Made by a program: the position numbers and the translations under genes
In this document: in pieces, positions 1 to 10,782 of the stretch
Layout of the letters: every line of letters begins with the position of its first letter
How positions within the stretch are numbered: the first letter of the stretch is position 1
Notes under the pieces: generated by a model
The model's database searches: none
Seen by the model: the letters and a program-made list of their open reading frames with translations, nothing else
What the model was told of the DNA's origin: nothing
From: Octopus sinensis
Taxonomy: Eukaryota
Reading direction: 5' to 3'
NCBI RefSeq assembly: GCF_006345805.1
Contig: NW_021834124.1
Location: forward strand, 1 to 26,549
Length of the DNA: 26,549 bases

Positions 1-339
1 TTCTTCCACTATCAGAAATATGGGCTGAAATTTGAAGAATTCGGGCGAGCCGGATTGGGTTTTTTTTTTCCTTCTTCAAAAGATTTCTGAGTGTAAATGT
101 TGCTGTTGTTAGTATTACCGTTGGGTTCCTTAAAAATATTTTTGTAGCTGTCGTTATTATTATTGTTGTTACTGTTGTTGTAATTGTTAAGAAAACTGGC
201 TTATCGAGGTTGCTGCGTGTATATTTTCTTCTGTACTAATCCCCAAATGCACTAAAAACTATGAATGTGATTTTTAAACAGAGATATATGATCCTTTCAG
301 AACTCTAGACGTGGATGCACTCACTGGTAGGATTTTTAG

Positions 340-590
340 AATTGGCCATATGTGTATGCATATCTGCGAATGTGTCTGCATGCGCGTATGTGTATATGTA
401 TGTCTGTATATATGTGTCTGTATTTGTATACATCTCTCGATATATATATGTGTGTGTGTGTATATATATATACATAAGCGGTATTATATATATTTATATA
501 TATATAATACCGCTTATCAATTGGCGCACCGTGCTTATTGACACTACCTTCCTTGTGTTTCAATCCACAAGACAGAAAAAAATTATATAT

Positions 591-638
<48 letters not shown>

Positions 639-817
639 ATATATATCATGTGTGTGTGCATATGCATATACATACCCATATATAAACATTGATTTATTTA
701 CATATAAATGTACGATGTACGATGAGTCCCCACACACAGATATGTACGTAGGTGTCTTTGTGTGTATGTCCACGTCTGTATATATATATGTATTTTCATA
801 CACACACACCTACATAT

Positions 818-848
<31 letters not shown>

Positions 849-885
849 CACACACATGTGCCTGTATGCTTATGATGTGTACATA
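340..885. repeat. Compound dinucleotide/tetranucleotide microsatellite field (TA, TG, CA, TACA)
   Basis: Runs visible directly, e.g. (TA)n 604-646 and (CA)n 800-856. They produce the overlapping low-complexity ORFs. Confidence 0.95.
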
Positions 886-1860
886 TAATCAGAATGACCC
901 ATAACATATCTACACACATAGAATGATAATAAACTCAGCGTTTATTAAAATGCATTTCATTTTCAAAATTTAATGCAATCTACAGTTAGAATTTAATTTT
1001 TTTCTGAACGCCTGTTTCCAAAGTGATGACCGTTTTGGTAGAGGTACTACTGATAAGGCAAAGCAATGGAATCCTAAACATCAAGAAATATTTCGTTCGG
1101 TATTTGTGCGCATTCTTGTTCAATGACTACCTACAATTGGTCGACTGTTGTCGATTTTGTATCGCAAATATTCATTTTTTAAATACCTCCAAAAAAGAAA
1201 CGTCTAATGGTTTGAAATCCAGAGATCCCATAGTGTATTCTGCCCATCAAAATCTCATCAAAGCAGGCCCTTGGTAATGCCGGGCTATCCCAACTTGCTA
1301 GCAATAAAACTCCAAGTCTTCAGTTCTCTTGAACGTTTGGCGTGACACATTGTTATACTACGTTCATGTAAATAGAACCAGCTACAGTACTGTAAAAAAA
1401 GAATGGTCCAGTTAATACTTTTGACTATAAGCCATATCACACTGTATCTCCTGGTAAAGTATCATGGCATTCGCTTGTAATATGTAGATCTTCGTATCCG
1501 CAATAGGGGCAACTGTAGAGGTGCGCGGGTTAGTGGCTAATGATCGCGAGATTGTGGTCTCGAAACCCGGACCTGGGGATGCGCTAAGCCGTTGAGCAAA
1601 ACACTTCATTTTATGTTGCTCCAGTCCACTCAGCTGGCAAAAGTGAGTGTCCCTGAGACGGTCTAGCGTTCCCTGTCGACTTCGGTGGGGGATATATACG
1701 CTACAGAAACCGGTAAGCCGGCCCCATGAGAGTACACCGCTTGAGCAGGAACTTTATCCATCCTTTTATTCTTGTAAGTGTAGCTGTGGTGTTTAATCAA
1801 GGTATTTACTGGCTTTAACAATCTTCATTTACAAAGTGAAGCTTCACAGCACAAGAAAAC
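886..1860 (-). mobile_element. Highly decayed Tc1/mariner-superfamily transposase remnant, DD41D (rosa/VS)-like, interrupted by a SINE
   Basis: Manual minus-strand translation across frameshifts and stops gives TLPGDTV*YGL*SKVLTGPFF (cf. NLPGVTVWCGLS..IGPFFF), EDLEFYC*Q.G, SLDFKPLDV.FF..YLKN (cf. SPDLTPLDFFFWGYLK) and VDQL*VVIEQECAQIPNEIF...QNGHHFGNRR. D-D spacing cannot be counted because of indels, so the subfamily is an inference. Confidence 0.7.
1518..1770 (+). mobile_element. Old tRNA-derived SINE (CORE/V-like body)
   Basis: Head gaggtgcgcgggttagtgg with B-box-like ggtctcgaaaccc, then ttgagcaaaacacttcatttt..gttgctccagtccactcagctg and gctacagaaaccgg, which are typical invertebrate SINE blocks. 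It splits the transposase remnant. Confidence 0.7.
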
Positions 1861-1949
1861 AATATGAAAGAGGAAAATATGATTTTAGTTGGTAAAAATA
1901 TGATTCTCGATACGTAAGTCAATACGTTATTCGATTATTTGTAACTGTA

Positions 1950-2305
1950 AGGCGGCGAGCTGGCAGAAACGTTAGCACGCCGGGCGAAATGCTTACTAGT
2001 ATTTCGTAAGTCCACCGAGGTCGACTTTGCCTTTCATCCTTTCGGGGTCGATAAATTAAGTACCAGTTAATCCGCTTGTCTGTCCTTGTTTGTCCTCTCT
2101 GTGTTAAGCCCCTTGTGGGTAGTAAAGAAATAGGTATTTCACCTGTCTTTATGTTCTGAGTTCAAATTCCGCCGAGATCGCAAATAAAGGATGAACTTTT
2201 CGGGGTCGATAAATTTAGTACCAGTTGCGTACTGGGTCGATCTAATCGACTGGCCCCCTCCCCAGGGATTTCGGGCCTTGTGCCCAGAGCAGAAAAGAAT
2301 AAGAA
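1950..2305 (+). mobile_element. Dimeric/composite SINE (family B, Meta-domain-like core) with 9-bp TSD
   Basis: Head aggcggcgagctggcagaaacgttagc and two copies of the tttcggggtcgataaatt.agtaccagtt core. Flanked by the direct repeat gtaactgta at 1941-1949 and 2306-2314. Confidence 0.88.
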
Positions 2306-2339
2306 GTAACTGTATAAAAAGGTAAGAAAATGAAATATA

Positions 2340-2760
2340 TGTGAGTGGTGGGGAGGTTGAGTGAGTGTGTGTGTGCGTATAAGATCGTGTTTGTGAGTAT
2401 GAGTGTGTGTGTGTTTGTGTGTGCGTGAGTGTTTGTATAAAAACGTGTATGTGAGTATGAGTGTGTGTATGTGTGTGTGTTTTTATGTATGAGTGAGTGT
2501 GTATATGAGAGTGTATTGAAGTACGAGTGTGTGTCTGTGAGTGTTGTATGTGAGTGTGCGTGAGTGTGTGTGAGTGAACTATGTGAGGGAGACTATCCGT
2601 GTTTGAGGGAAAGTGTGTATGTGAAAGAGAGAGACAAAGTGTGTGTGGGTGTGCACGCGCCGTGTGTGTGAGAGGGACAGTGTGTGTGTGTGTGGGAGTG
2701 GAGTGAGACGTGTGAGAGAGTGTGCGTAATTGAGTGTGACTATGTGAGTGTGTGAGTGTT
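2340..2760. repeat. Degenerate (TG)n/(TGAG)n microsatellite
   Basis: Direct inspection. Confidence 0.9.
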
Positions 2761-3009
2761 GTTAGAGATCCCTTATGGCATGATTTCGGATCTGCATTCT
2801 GAGTTCAAACCGCGTCGCCTGTTAGCAGCAAAAAAAAAAAAAAATGGTCGGAACCGTTTACGAGAGAGAAAAACTAATGACATTTGTGGAATCAGCGTTC
2901 ACAGTTTAGGAATCAGATACAGTGACAATTCCAGGCAAATCCAAAAGTTCTTTGACAACCTGTGCTATGTAGCAGCATGATTAGCCTATGACAAGGATCT
3001 CTTGAAATG

Positions 3010-3482
3010 AGAGGAGGAGGAGGGGAGGAGGAGGGGAGAAGGTGGTGGTGGTGGTGGTGGTGGTGGTGGTGGTGGTTGTCGTCGTCATCGTGGTGATAAG
3101 GGGGGGGTAACGATCGATGTTGTTATGATTGTGGTGATGGTGGCGGTGATGGTGGTGGGGTGGTGGTGGTCGTCGTCGTCGTCGTCGTCGTCGTGGGGTT
3201 GGGGATAGTAATGGTTCTGATATGTTTGTGGCAGTAATGGTGATGGGTGTGGTGGTGATGGTGGTGATGGTGGTGATATTGGCAGTAATGTCGTTGCTGT
3301 CGGTGTCGGTGGTGTTGGTGTTGGTGTTGGTGGTATTAGTAGCAGTCTAGGTAGCTGCGGTGTTGGTGACGATGAGATGATAGTGGCCTTATAGCGTTTC
3401 TAGTACGGAGAATTCATGTGGCAATGGTGGTGGTGGTGGTGGTCGTCGTCGTGGTGGTCGTCGTGGTGGTAGTAGTAGTAGT

Positions 3483-3556
<74 letters not shown>

Positions 3557-3572
3557 CAGCAGCAGTAGTAGC

Positions 3573-3613
<41 letters not shown>

Positions 3614-3632
3614 CAGCAGCAGCAGCAGCGGC

Positions 3633-3666
<34 letters not shown>

Positions 3667-3807
3667 CAAGTTCTTGGTGCTCTGACGCAAAATTTCGTGC
3701 GTTCAGTCTTGCATCGTATGCAGTCTGCTTGTGACGTCAAAGAGCAGTGTGTGAAGCGAAGCCGGACAGTAGGAATGCTGATGTCTGTGTGCCTGAGTGA
3801 CTGTCAC

Positions 3808-3867
<60 letters not shown>

Positions 3868-4310
3868 TTTTTGTTATCGCCGACTGCAGCAGAATGTGCA
3901 TCATATGCGTGCGTGCGTGCGCGTGTGTGTTTATGTGTGTGTGTGTGTGTGTGTGTGTGCATGATGCTGACAGAATTGACGAACCGCAGCAGTAGAATGA
4001 CGACGATGATGAAGAAGAAGAAGAAGAAGAAGAAGAAGAAGAAGAAAAGGAAAAAAAGAAGAAGAAGAAGAAGAAGAAGAAGAAGAAGAAGAAGAAGAAG
4101 AAGAAAAAGACGAAGAAGAAGAAAAAGAAGACGAAGAAGAAAAAGAAGATGACGAAGAAGAAGAAGAAATAAAAAAGAAGAAGAAGAAGAAGAAAAACGA
4201 CAACAACAACAACAACGATTATAGCAGACAAAACAATATGCGATTGTCTGCGTTGGTGTATGCACCTATGTGTGTGTGTGTGTGTGTGAGTGAGCGAGCA
4301 AAGCATGTGT
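3010..4310. repeat. Trinucleotide microsatellite mosaic (GGA, GGT, GTC, GTA, GCA, GAA, CAA) with (TG)n
   Basis: Direct inspection, e.g. (GTA)n 3510-3664 and 3811-3867, (GAA)n 4011-4195. Confidence 0.95.
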
Positions 4311-4410
4311 GGATGGGTGAGTTTGGGTGTGAATGTGGTACCTTGTTGTTTTAGGGGCTTTTAGGTTTTCATCTATATATGAGGGAATAATTACGTACAT
4401 TCATATATAT

Positions 4411-4820
4411 AGGAGTGGCTGTGTGGTAAGTAGCTTGTTTACCAACAACATGGTTCCGGGTTCAGTCCCACTGCGTGGCATCTTGGGCAAGTGTCTTCTG
4501 CTATAGCTTCGGGTCGACCAAAGCCTTGTGAGTGGATTTGGTAGACGGAAACTGAAAGAAGCCCGTCGTATATATGTATATATATATATATATATATGCG
4601 TGTGTGTGTTTGTGTGTCTGTGTTTGTCCCCGTAGCATTGCTTGATAACCGATGCTGGTGTGTTTATGTCCCCCTTACTTAGCGGTTCGGCAAAAGAGAC
4701 CGATAGAATAAGTACTGGGCTTACAAAAGAATAAGTTCCGGGGTCGAGTTGCTCGATTAAAAGGCGGTGCTCCAGCATGGCCACAGTCAAATGACTGGAA
4801 CAAGTAAAAGAGTAAAAGAG
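4411..4820 (+). mobile_element. tRNA-derived SINE family A, near full length
   Basis: A-box tggctgtgtgg, B-box gggttcagtccc, internal (TA)n(TG)n and a (gtaaaaga)n tail. Closely matches the other copies in the window. Confidence 0.95.
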
Positions 4821-4862
4821 TATATATACGTGTATATGTGCGTGTGTATACACACACACACA

Positions 4863-5687
4863 CACAAAGGTGGCGATGGGTAAATTATCGCAATTTATAT
4901 ATTTGGAATTTCACGAATAGCATTCTTTGCTTTTGATTTTGTCGACGACACAGTATGGTAGGGTCAGTTGGGCACCATCTGTGAGAAAAACAGCACGATG
5001 AAGCGGTTCATTCAGACAGAAATTTGGAAACGACATGCTGTACTGCTTGGCATTCGCGTCGGAGGCTCCAAAACGAACAGATGGTGAACACACAGAACGA
5101 CCATCGGCTTGCCATGTCCCCAAAACATGTACCAAGTGTGATAAAAATCAAACAGTAAGTCAACATCATGGTGTTTGGAGAGATCACAGGTAATGGCCTC
5201 AGACCCAACGTGGAGGCCGAGACTGAGTGCTGCCCTGGGTCAAGAGGGTGGCTGTTGGAAGATCCTGTCTGGCAACAAGACTCTTCAGCATGCCACACAA
5301 GTAGGAGAACCAAGTGATGGCTGTCAGACAATTTCTACGACCACATCACCCCTAATATCTGGTCAGCTGACTCCCCAGATTATTATGTGTGGGACGCAGT
5401 TGAGCGAGAGACCAGCAAAACTCCTTGTAACACCAAAGATGAACTGAAGGCAAGGATTATGGCAGCATTCACCAACTTAAACAAGGTGACCATCCAGAAG
5501 AGTTGCAGGAGATTCCGAAGTCGTCTGGAGACCGTGGTTGAAGCCAGTGGCGATATTACTGAATAAATTTATTTTTTATATTCCAATATATTTTTTACGT
5601 AAATTTGGTAAATATATCTGTTAAAATGAGATGTGTAGTGTTATTTTCATTTTTGTGTGTGTGTGTGTATATTCACGACACCATGTA
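4863..5687 (+). mobile_element. Internally deleted maT-like (DD37D) transposon, pseudogenised transposase 4998-5566
   Basis: MKRFIQTEIWKRHAVLLGIR..., VNIMVFGEITGNG, VLPWVKRVA and VWQQDSSACHTSRRTK*WLSDNFYDHITPNIWSADSPDYYVWDAVERET...RRFRSRLETVVEASGDITE*. Degenerate termini acaaaggtggcgatg / cacgacaccatgta. Confidence 0.85.
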
Positions 5688-5780
5688 TGTATGTATGTAT
5701 GTATGTATGTATGTATGTATGTATGTATGTGTATGTATGTGTGTATGTGTGTATGTATGTATGTATTTATATATGTATGT
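5684..5780. repeat. (TGTA)n microsatellite
   Basis: Direct inspection. Confidence 0.95.
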
Positions 5781-6029
5781 AGTTAATCGTGATTTATTTC
5801 CACACCCGAGATGCGCATTATGTTCTTGGGCAAGATGACACTTTACTTCACCTAGTTCTGGTCAACTTAGTTACCAAAATTTCATATTAAGACTGACAAA
5901 GCGCCTTGGTTAGCGCCAAGTTAGCCGAGCCGCGTTAACGTGTTAACGGTACCACTAAATACCTCCAAGTACGACAAAGGACATCTTCAGCAGTGGTACC
6001 CTAAGAATGTCCGAAATAAATGTCTTGCA

Positions 6030-6470
6030 GTGTTTGTTCCTGCTGTTTACCTTCTGAGTTCAAATCCTAGCGGGGTCAACATTGCTTTTCAGAGCTGTTG
6101 TTTTATTACTTAGTCAGGGAGAAGGGAGAGTACCCATGATCCTTTTTTGGCACTCCGAAACCGGTAGGAGGAATTAAGGGAAACATCTCTAAGTCAGGTG
6201 CAAGGCCCGAGTACCAACACTTGTGTGGTTTCCGCTTAAGGCACCTTAATATAAGACGGTAGTTCTAAACTTAGTATCTGGCCTTGTCATTCACCAAGTG
6301 TGCCATAGGGACTTAGAGCTCAGACTGCAAAGCGACGAAACTACTAGCACAAGACATCCTGTTCAACGCTCTACTGATCGTACATGCAAACCATCCTTAT
6401 CTAACGCTTTATGGACCCCATGAGACTAAAAGGCTCGGTGGCATTTGAACTTAGAACGCAGCGCTATAAT
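6030..6470. mobile_element. Scattered old family-B SINE fragments (plus ~6030-6090, minus ~6410-6460)
   Basis: ttctgagttcaaatcctagcggggtcaacattgcttttca and tttatggacccc...ctcggtggcatttgaacttagaacg match the family B core seen at 2150-2220 and 8635-8700. Confidence 0.5.
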
Positions 6471-6741
6471 GGAAGGTATTCTAAATGTGACCATCTCATC
6501 TTTTTTAGGGATATTTATGATTTCTCTTACTTAAAACGGTAAGGTATAATTTAAAGTGGATTTGGTTTGTATTTCTAGGAAATTGAGTTCTCCCTTGTTG
6601 GCTAGTACGAGTGAGTGTTCATGATGAGAGGCTGTGTGTTGTCTGTAAGAGAACTGACGGGAGGGAGACGGCTGTTCGACTGGTCATCATGAGATTGGAT
6701 ATCACCCATCTCAATGAGTGTAGTGTTTATATATATATATA

Positions 6742-8264
6742 CCTTCTCTGAAGATATTATGCAAATCGTTTTTTTTAATAAATGTACATGTACATAGGAA
6801 GCTGAAATTTTAGTATGTTGGTACAAATGCTCTTTCTTAATTGTAACTAAAAATTGACATACATCTGATGTGTTTTTAGTGAGTAATTGAGAATTTACTG
6901 AAATTGGCTGTCTGAATTTGTTATGAAAATGTTGGAATTTATATTTTTACAGTGTTAATGATAGGTTTTTATTATTTTGCAGGTCATAATATAATCATGG
7001 GTAAAAAGAAAGATATTACAGCATCTGAAGAACAGGAAATAACTAAGCTTTTAAGTGATGGCATGACCTCTTTCAACATCACCGAACAATCAAGAAAACA
7101 ATTGAAGATATAACAAAGAACAGGAAACCAAGATCTCGAAAGGGGTTCAAGAACTTGTCAACGAGAGATAAACGTGAGCTGAAACGCATTTTCGCTAAAA
7201 ACCCTCTGCTCAGTGTGTGATAAGGTATTTATAATGGCTGGGATTGTTGGAGTAAAGAGAGACAAAAGGTGTAGAGTCCTTCGCGACACTGGTTCTGTAA
7301 AAACATCTCCTCACCAGCCTCCTATATCTCCAACTAATATTGATAAACGTCTAAAGTGGGCAAGAAAGTTCTTAAAAACAGTTTTCAGAAGCGTCATATT
7401 CACTGACGAATCGCGCGTCAGATTAGATGGTCCAGATGGATGGGCTAAAAGATGGGTTCCGTGAGGTCAAGATGCTCCTATGATGAGATGGCAACAAGGA
7501 GGTGGTGGTGTAATGATATGGGCTGGTATTGTTAATAGAACCACCATTGTATCATTTAAAGTTGACGAAGATGTAGAACACAGCAGTACTAATTATTGTG
7601 AATTCTTAGATCAAACTTTCTTTGAATGGTAAAGGCGTCAGCCTCACAGTTTCAAGATAAAGTGTATGTTTATGCCTGACAATGCTCCGTCACATGCTTC
7701 TCGCCTTACTCGTGAGTTTCTTGAGCGCAAACGATTTGCTGAAGATAATTTAATGGAGAGGCCACCGTCAATTCCTGACTTGAACCCAGTAAAAAACCTC
7801 AGGTCAATCGTCAAACAGAAACTCTATGAAGGAGGCAAACAGTACAAAAGTAAGGCAGAACTGTGTGATGCTATACAAAGTATTACAGCTGCAGTTTCGC
7901 CAGATCAAATTGGAAAACTGAGAAATTCGATGGACAACAGATTAGTAACGTTGATTGAAAAGAAAGGTCGTTATATCAACATGTAAATTGTTTCACCTAT
8001 ATATTAAAACATTGTTCTTTGAATTAGTGAAAAGTTCATTATAGGTTCATGTATTTTAATTGTGGTGATAAGCAGAGCAAGTAACAATTCAGTTAATTTC
8101 AGTAAACTCTCTATTACTCACGAAAAACGGATCAGATGTATGTCAAATTTTAGCCACAATTAAAAAAGAGAATTTGTACCAACATACTAAAATTTCAGCT
8201 TCCTATGTACATGTACATTTAATTTATTTCAAAACAAATACAGATTTGCATAATATCTTCAGAC

Positions 8265-8268
<4 letters not shown>
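6742..8268 (+). mobile_element. Tc1-like DNA transposon, DD37E (TRT-like), with both TIRs (~180 bp), inserted in (TA)n
   Basis: Left end ta|ccttctctgaagatattatgcaaatc (6742-~6923) is the reverse complement of the right end gatttgcataatatcttcagacaagg|ta (~8082-8268). TA flanks on both sides, with a transposase inside. Confidence 0.95.
6997..7986 (+). pseudogene. Disrupted DD37E transposase
   Basis: ATG at 6997 (MGKKKDITASEEQEITKLL). Motifs VIFTDESRVRLDGPDGW, QQGGGGVMIWAGI and FMPDNAPSH...PDLNPVKNL. There are 37 residues between the second D and the expected E position, which here reads K. Contains stops and frameshifts. Confidence 0.92.
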
Positions 8269-8300
<32 letters not shown>

Positions 8301-8540
8301 CCAAAATCACAGAGTAAGAGTATGGCACAAGGTCAGCTAGTGTAATATAATGAGTTGAACTATATCGGTAAACCGAGACTATTTATTCGATGAGAACACA
8401 AGAGTCATGTTTGGATCTTATTTCACATCATCAGTGAAGCTTAGATCACTGGTCACTTTCAGGTCTTGTCAAATGAAAGTTTCACTGAAAACATCTCCTT
8501 TACTTTCACCAATTTGTTTAAAGATAACTTTCACCCCTGT

Positions 8541-8765
8541 CTTTTCTTTTCTACTCTAAACACAAGGCCCGAAAGTTTAGTGTGGTGGGGGGAGCCCAGT
8601 CGATTAGATCGACCCCAGGACGCAACCAGTGCTTAATTTATCGACCCCGAAAGGATGAAAGGCAAAGACGACCTCGGTGGAATTTGAACTCAAAACATAA
8701 AAACAGACGAAATACTGCTAAGAATTTTGCTCGGCGTGCTAACTTTTGTGCCTTGCTTTCACCCC
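8541..8765 (-). mobile_element. Family B SINE, monomeric
   Basis: Reverse complement of the 1950-2305 head, core and tail (tttatcgaccccgaaaggatgaaaggcaaag; cacaaggcccgaaa). Confidence 0.9.
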
Positions 8766-9279
8766 TATCTGTAACGTCGTAATTTTACCAAATCTTCAAT
8801 TTCCATAACCTTCAAAGCTGATCTCCATCGAAGTATCTATTTTGCTAGCTTTTTTCGGTTTTAAACACTCCTAGAATAAATTTTTATCTACTGATTGCAT
8901 GGATAAGTTATTCAACTTGTGTTATCACATATGTGAGACACTACTGCCTTTGTATGTTTAGCAAGTAGGAAGCTCCTCTGAGTTATTTTCCCTCGGCCAT
9001 TAGAGATTTTTTTTTAAGCAGTCGAGAAAAGTGTTTCTGTGTATTAAGGGTTTTTGTAGGAAGAGGTAGCACTCCTTCCTCTTTCCATCGGTCAGTTGAG
9101 TAAAGGAGGATGTGGAGAAGTACGAGTGAAGGATTGTGGAGTGTATAGGACTAAAAGGTGTGTGTTTGTGTAGGACAAACAGTGAAGTGTGTGTTTGCGT
9201 GTAGGAAAGTCAGCGAAGTGTGCAGGAGTGAAGTATGCGAGAGGACGGAAAACAGTAGAATTATTATGAAGTGTGTACT

Positions 9280-9347
9280 GGAATGAGAGTGGCTGGGTGT
9301 TTGAGGAGAAGGAATGAGAGTGGCTGGGTGTTTGAGGAGAAGGAATG
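9280..9347 (+). repeat. Perfect 31-bp tandem duplication
   Basis: ggaatgagagtggctgggtgtttgaggagaa occurs twice (9280-9310, 9311-9341), followed by ggaatg. Confidence 0.95.
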
Positions 9348-9418
9348 GAAGTTAAAGTGATGTAATGGTGGAATATTTCAAATTGGGAAAGGGCAGAATA
9401 TTTCAAGTTGTTGTAATA

Positions 9419-9803
9419 GTAGGAGCACTCCGTCGGTTGCGACGATGAGGGTCCCAGCTGATCCGAATCAACGGAACAGCCTGCTCGTGATATTAACGTG
9501 CAAGTGGCTGAGCACTCCACAGACACGTGTACCCTTAACGTAGTTCTCGAGGAGATTCAGCGTGACACAGAGTGTGACACGGCTGGCCCTTTGAAATACA
9601 GGTACAAGAGAAACAGGAAGAAAGAGCGAGAGAAAGTTGTGATGAAAGAGTACAGCAGGGTTCACCACCACCCCCTGCCGGAGCCTCGTGGAGCTTTAGG
9701 TGTTTTCGCTCAATAAACACTCACAATGCCCGGTCTGGGAATCGAAACCGCGATCCTATGACCGCGAGTCCGCTGCTCTAACCACTGGGCCATTGCGCCT
9801 CCA
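9419..9803 (-). mobile_element. Full-length tRNA-derived SINE (family C) with 15-bp TSD
   Basis: Minus-strand head ggaggcgcaatggcccagtggttagagc...ggtttcgattccc (A and B boxes). Identical flanks caagttgttgtaata at 9404-9418 and 9804-9818. Confidence 0.95.
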
Positions 9804-10293
9804 CAAGTTGTTGTAATATGGGGGGAAATGCTAAAATTTAAAACGTAACGCGGATGTCTTTGTATGTATGTAAAAGTTATTGCTTTTTTATGAATATTTT
9901 TTTTTTCTTTTTGGTATTGTTTAGCCTCTGGTCAGTTCTGGTCCAGTAAACCAAAGAAGGGAAGCTGCCTTGTCGTGACTTTTCTACCCAATTCTCCAAT
10001 TAGGTAAATAAAGAAAAGCTCTCTTCTTGAAGTTTTCAAGGGAGTAGGATGTGATCTGGGGGTTTATCTTGCTCTTATTTCTTACAGATTCCAAAGACAA
10101 TACAGGAATTATTAATGGGAGACGTGAGTGAATGGCGATTGGTTTGATTCCCGTGTGAAATGCCTTTCCATCGTCGTTAAAACTTTGCAGGAAGAGCATA
10201 AAGACCGTGTCTTCTCACATCTCACTTAGGTCAATAGACCTGCTAGAAACAATAGCCAAACCAATATTTTTATTATTATTTATTTATAATTAT

Positions 10294-10562
10294 GAAAGCG
10301 ATGAGCTGGCATAATCGTTACCTTGCCGGGGAAAATTTTAATGGTATTTATTCCAACTTTAACTTCTAAGTTCAAATGCTACCGGGGTCGACTTGCTTTG
10401 CCTTTCTTCCTTTCGGGGTCGATAAAATAAATACCAGTTGAACACTATCCCACTATTTATCGACACTATCAGGGTCGATAAGTCAAGTACCAGTCATGTA
10501 CTAGCGTCGATCTAATCGACTGGCTCCTCGAAATTATTGTTCTTGTGCCGAAATTTGAAATC
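10294..10562 (+). mobile_element. Degenerate family B SINE
   Basis: gagctggcataatcgtta head, cctttcggggtcgataaaataaataccagtt core with a partial repeat, and ttgtgccgaaatttgaaa tail. Confidence 0.85.
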
Positions 10563-10649
10563 AATTTAATTATATGTACCCTTCGTTTGTATATCGGCAA
10601 CTGTGTACCTGATGGAAAAAGCAATATTTCTGTTATTAGATATAACTAT

Positions 10650-10782
10650 GAAAGCGGCGAACTGGCATAATCATTAGCACGCCGGACAAAATGCTCAACT
10701 ACATTTCTTCCGGCTTTACCTACCGAGTTTAACTGCTGTCAAAATCAAATTTCCTCTTTTCCCTATCGAAGTCGATATAACC
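10650..10782 (+). mobile_element. 3'-truncated degenerate family B SINE
   Basis: gcggcgaactggcataatcattagcacgccggacaaaatgct head; abuts the Gypsy remnant. Confidence 0.75.

Noticed and set aside
3400-4306. ORFs up to 244 aa (poly-V/A/K/R, poly-T, poly-F/S)
   Set aside because: These are translations of stop-free trinucleotide repeats, with no domain content or splice support.
5783-5950. Possible piggyBac-like terminus ending gccgcgttaacgtgTTAA
   Set aside because: No matching opposite TIR was found in the window.
9730-9803. tRNA-like sequence on the minus strand
   Set aside because: It is the SINE head: it continues into a SINE body bounded by TSDs and has no closed acceptor stem or terminator.
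9960-10225. Possible old CR1/Jockey-like LINE 3' remnant (RRHGLYA..., LENFKKR) on the minus strand
   Set aside because: Too degenerate to support by eye; needs a profile search.
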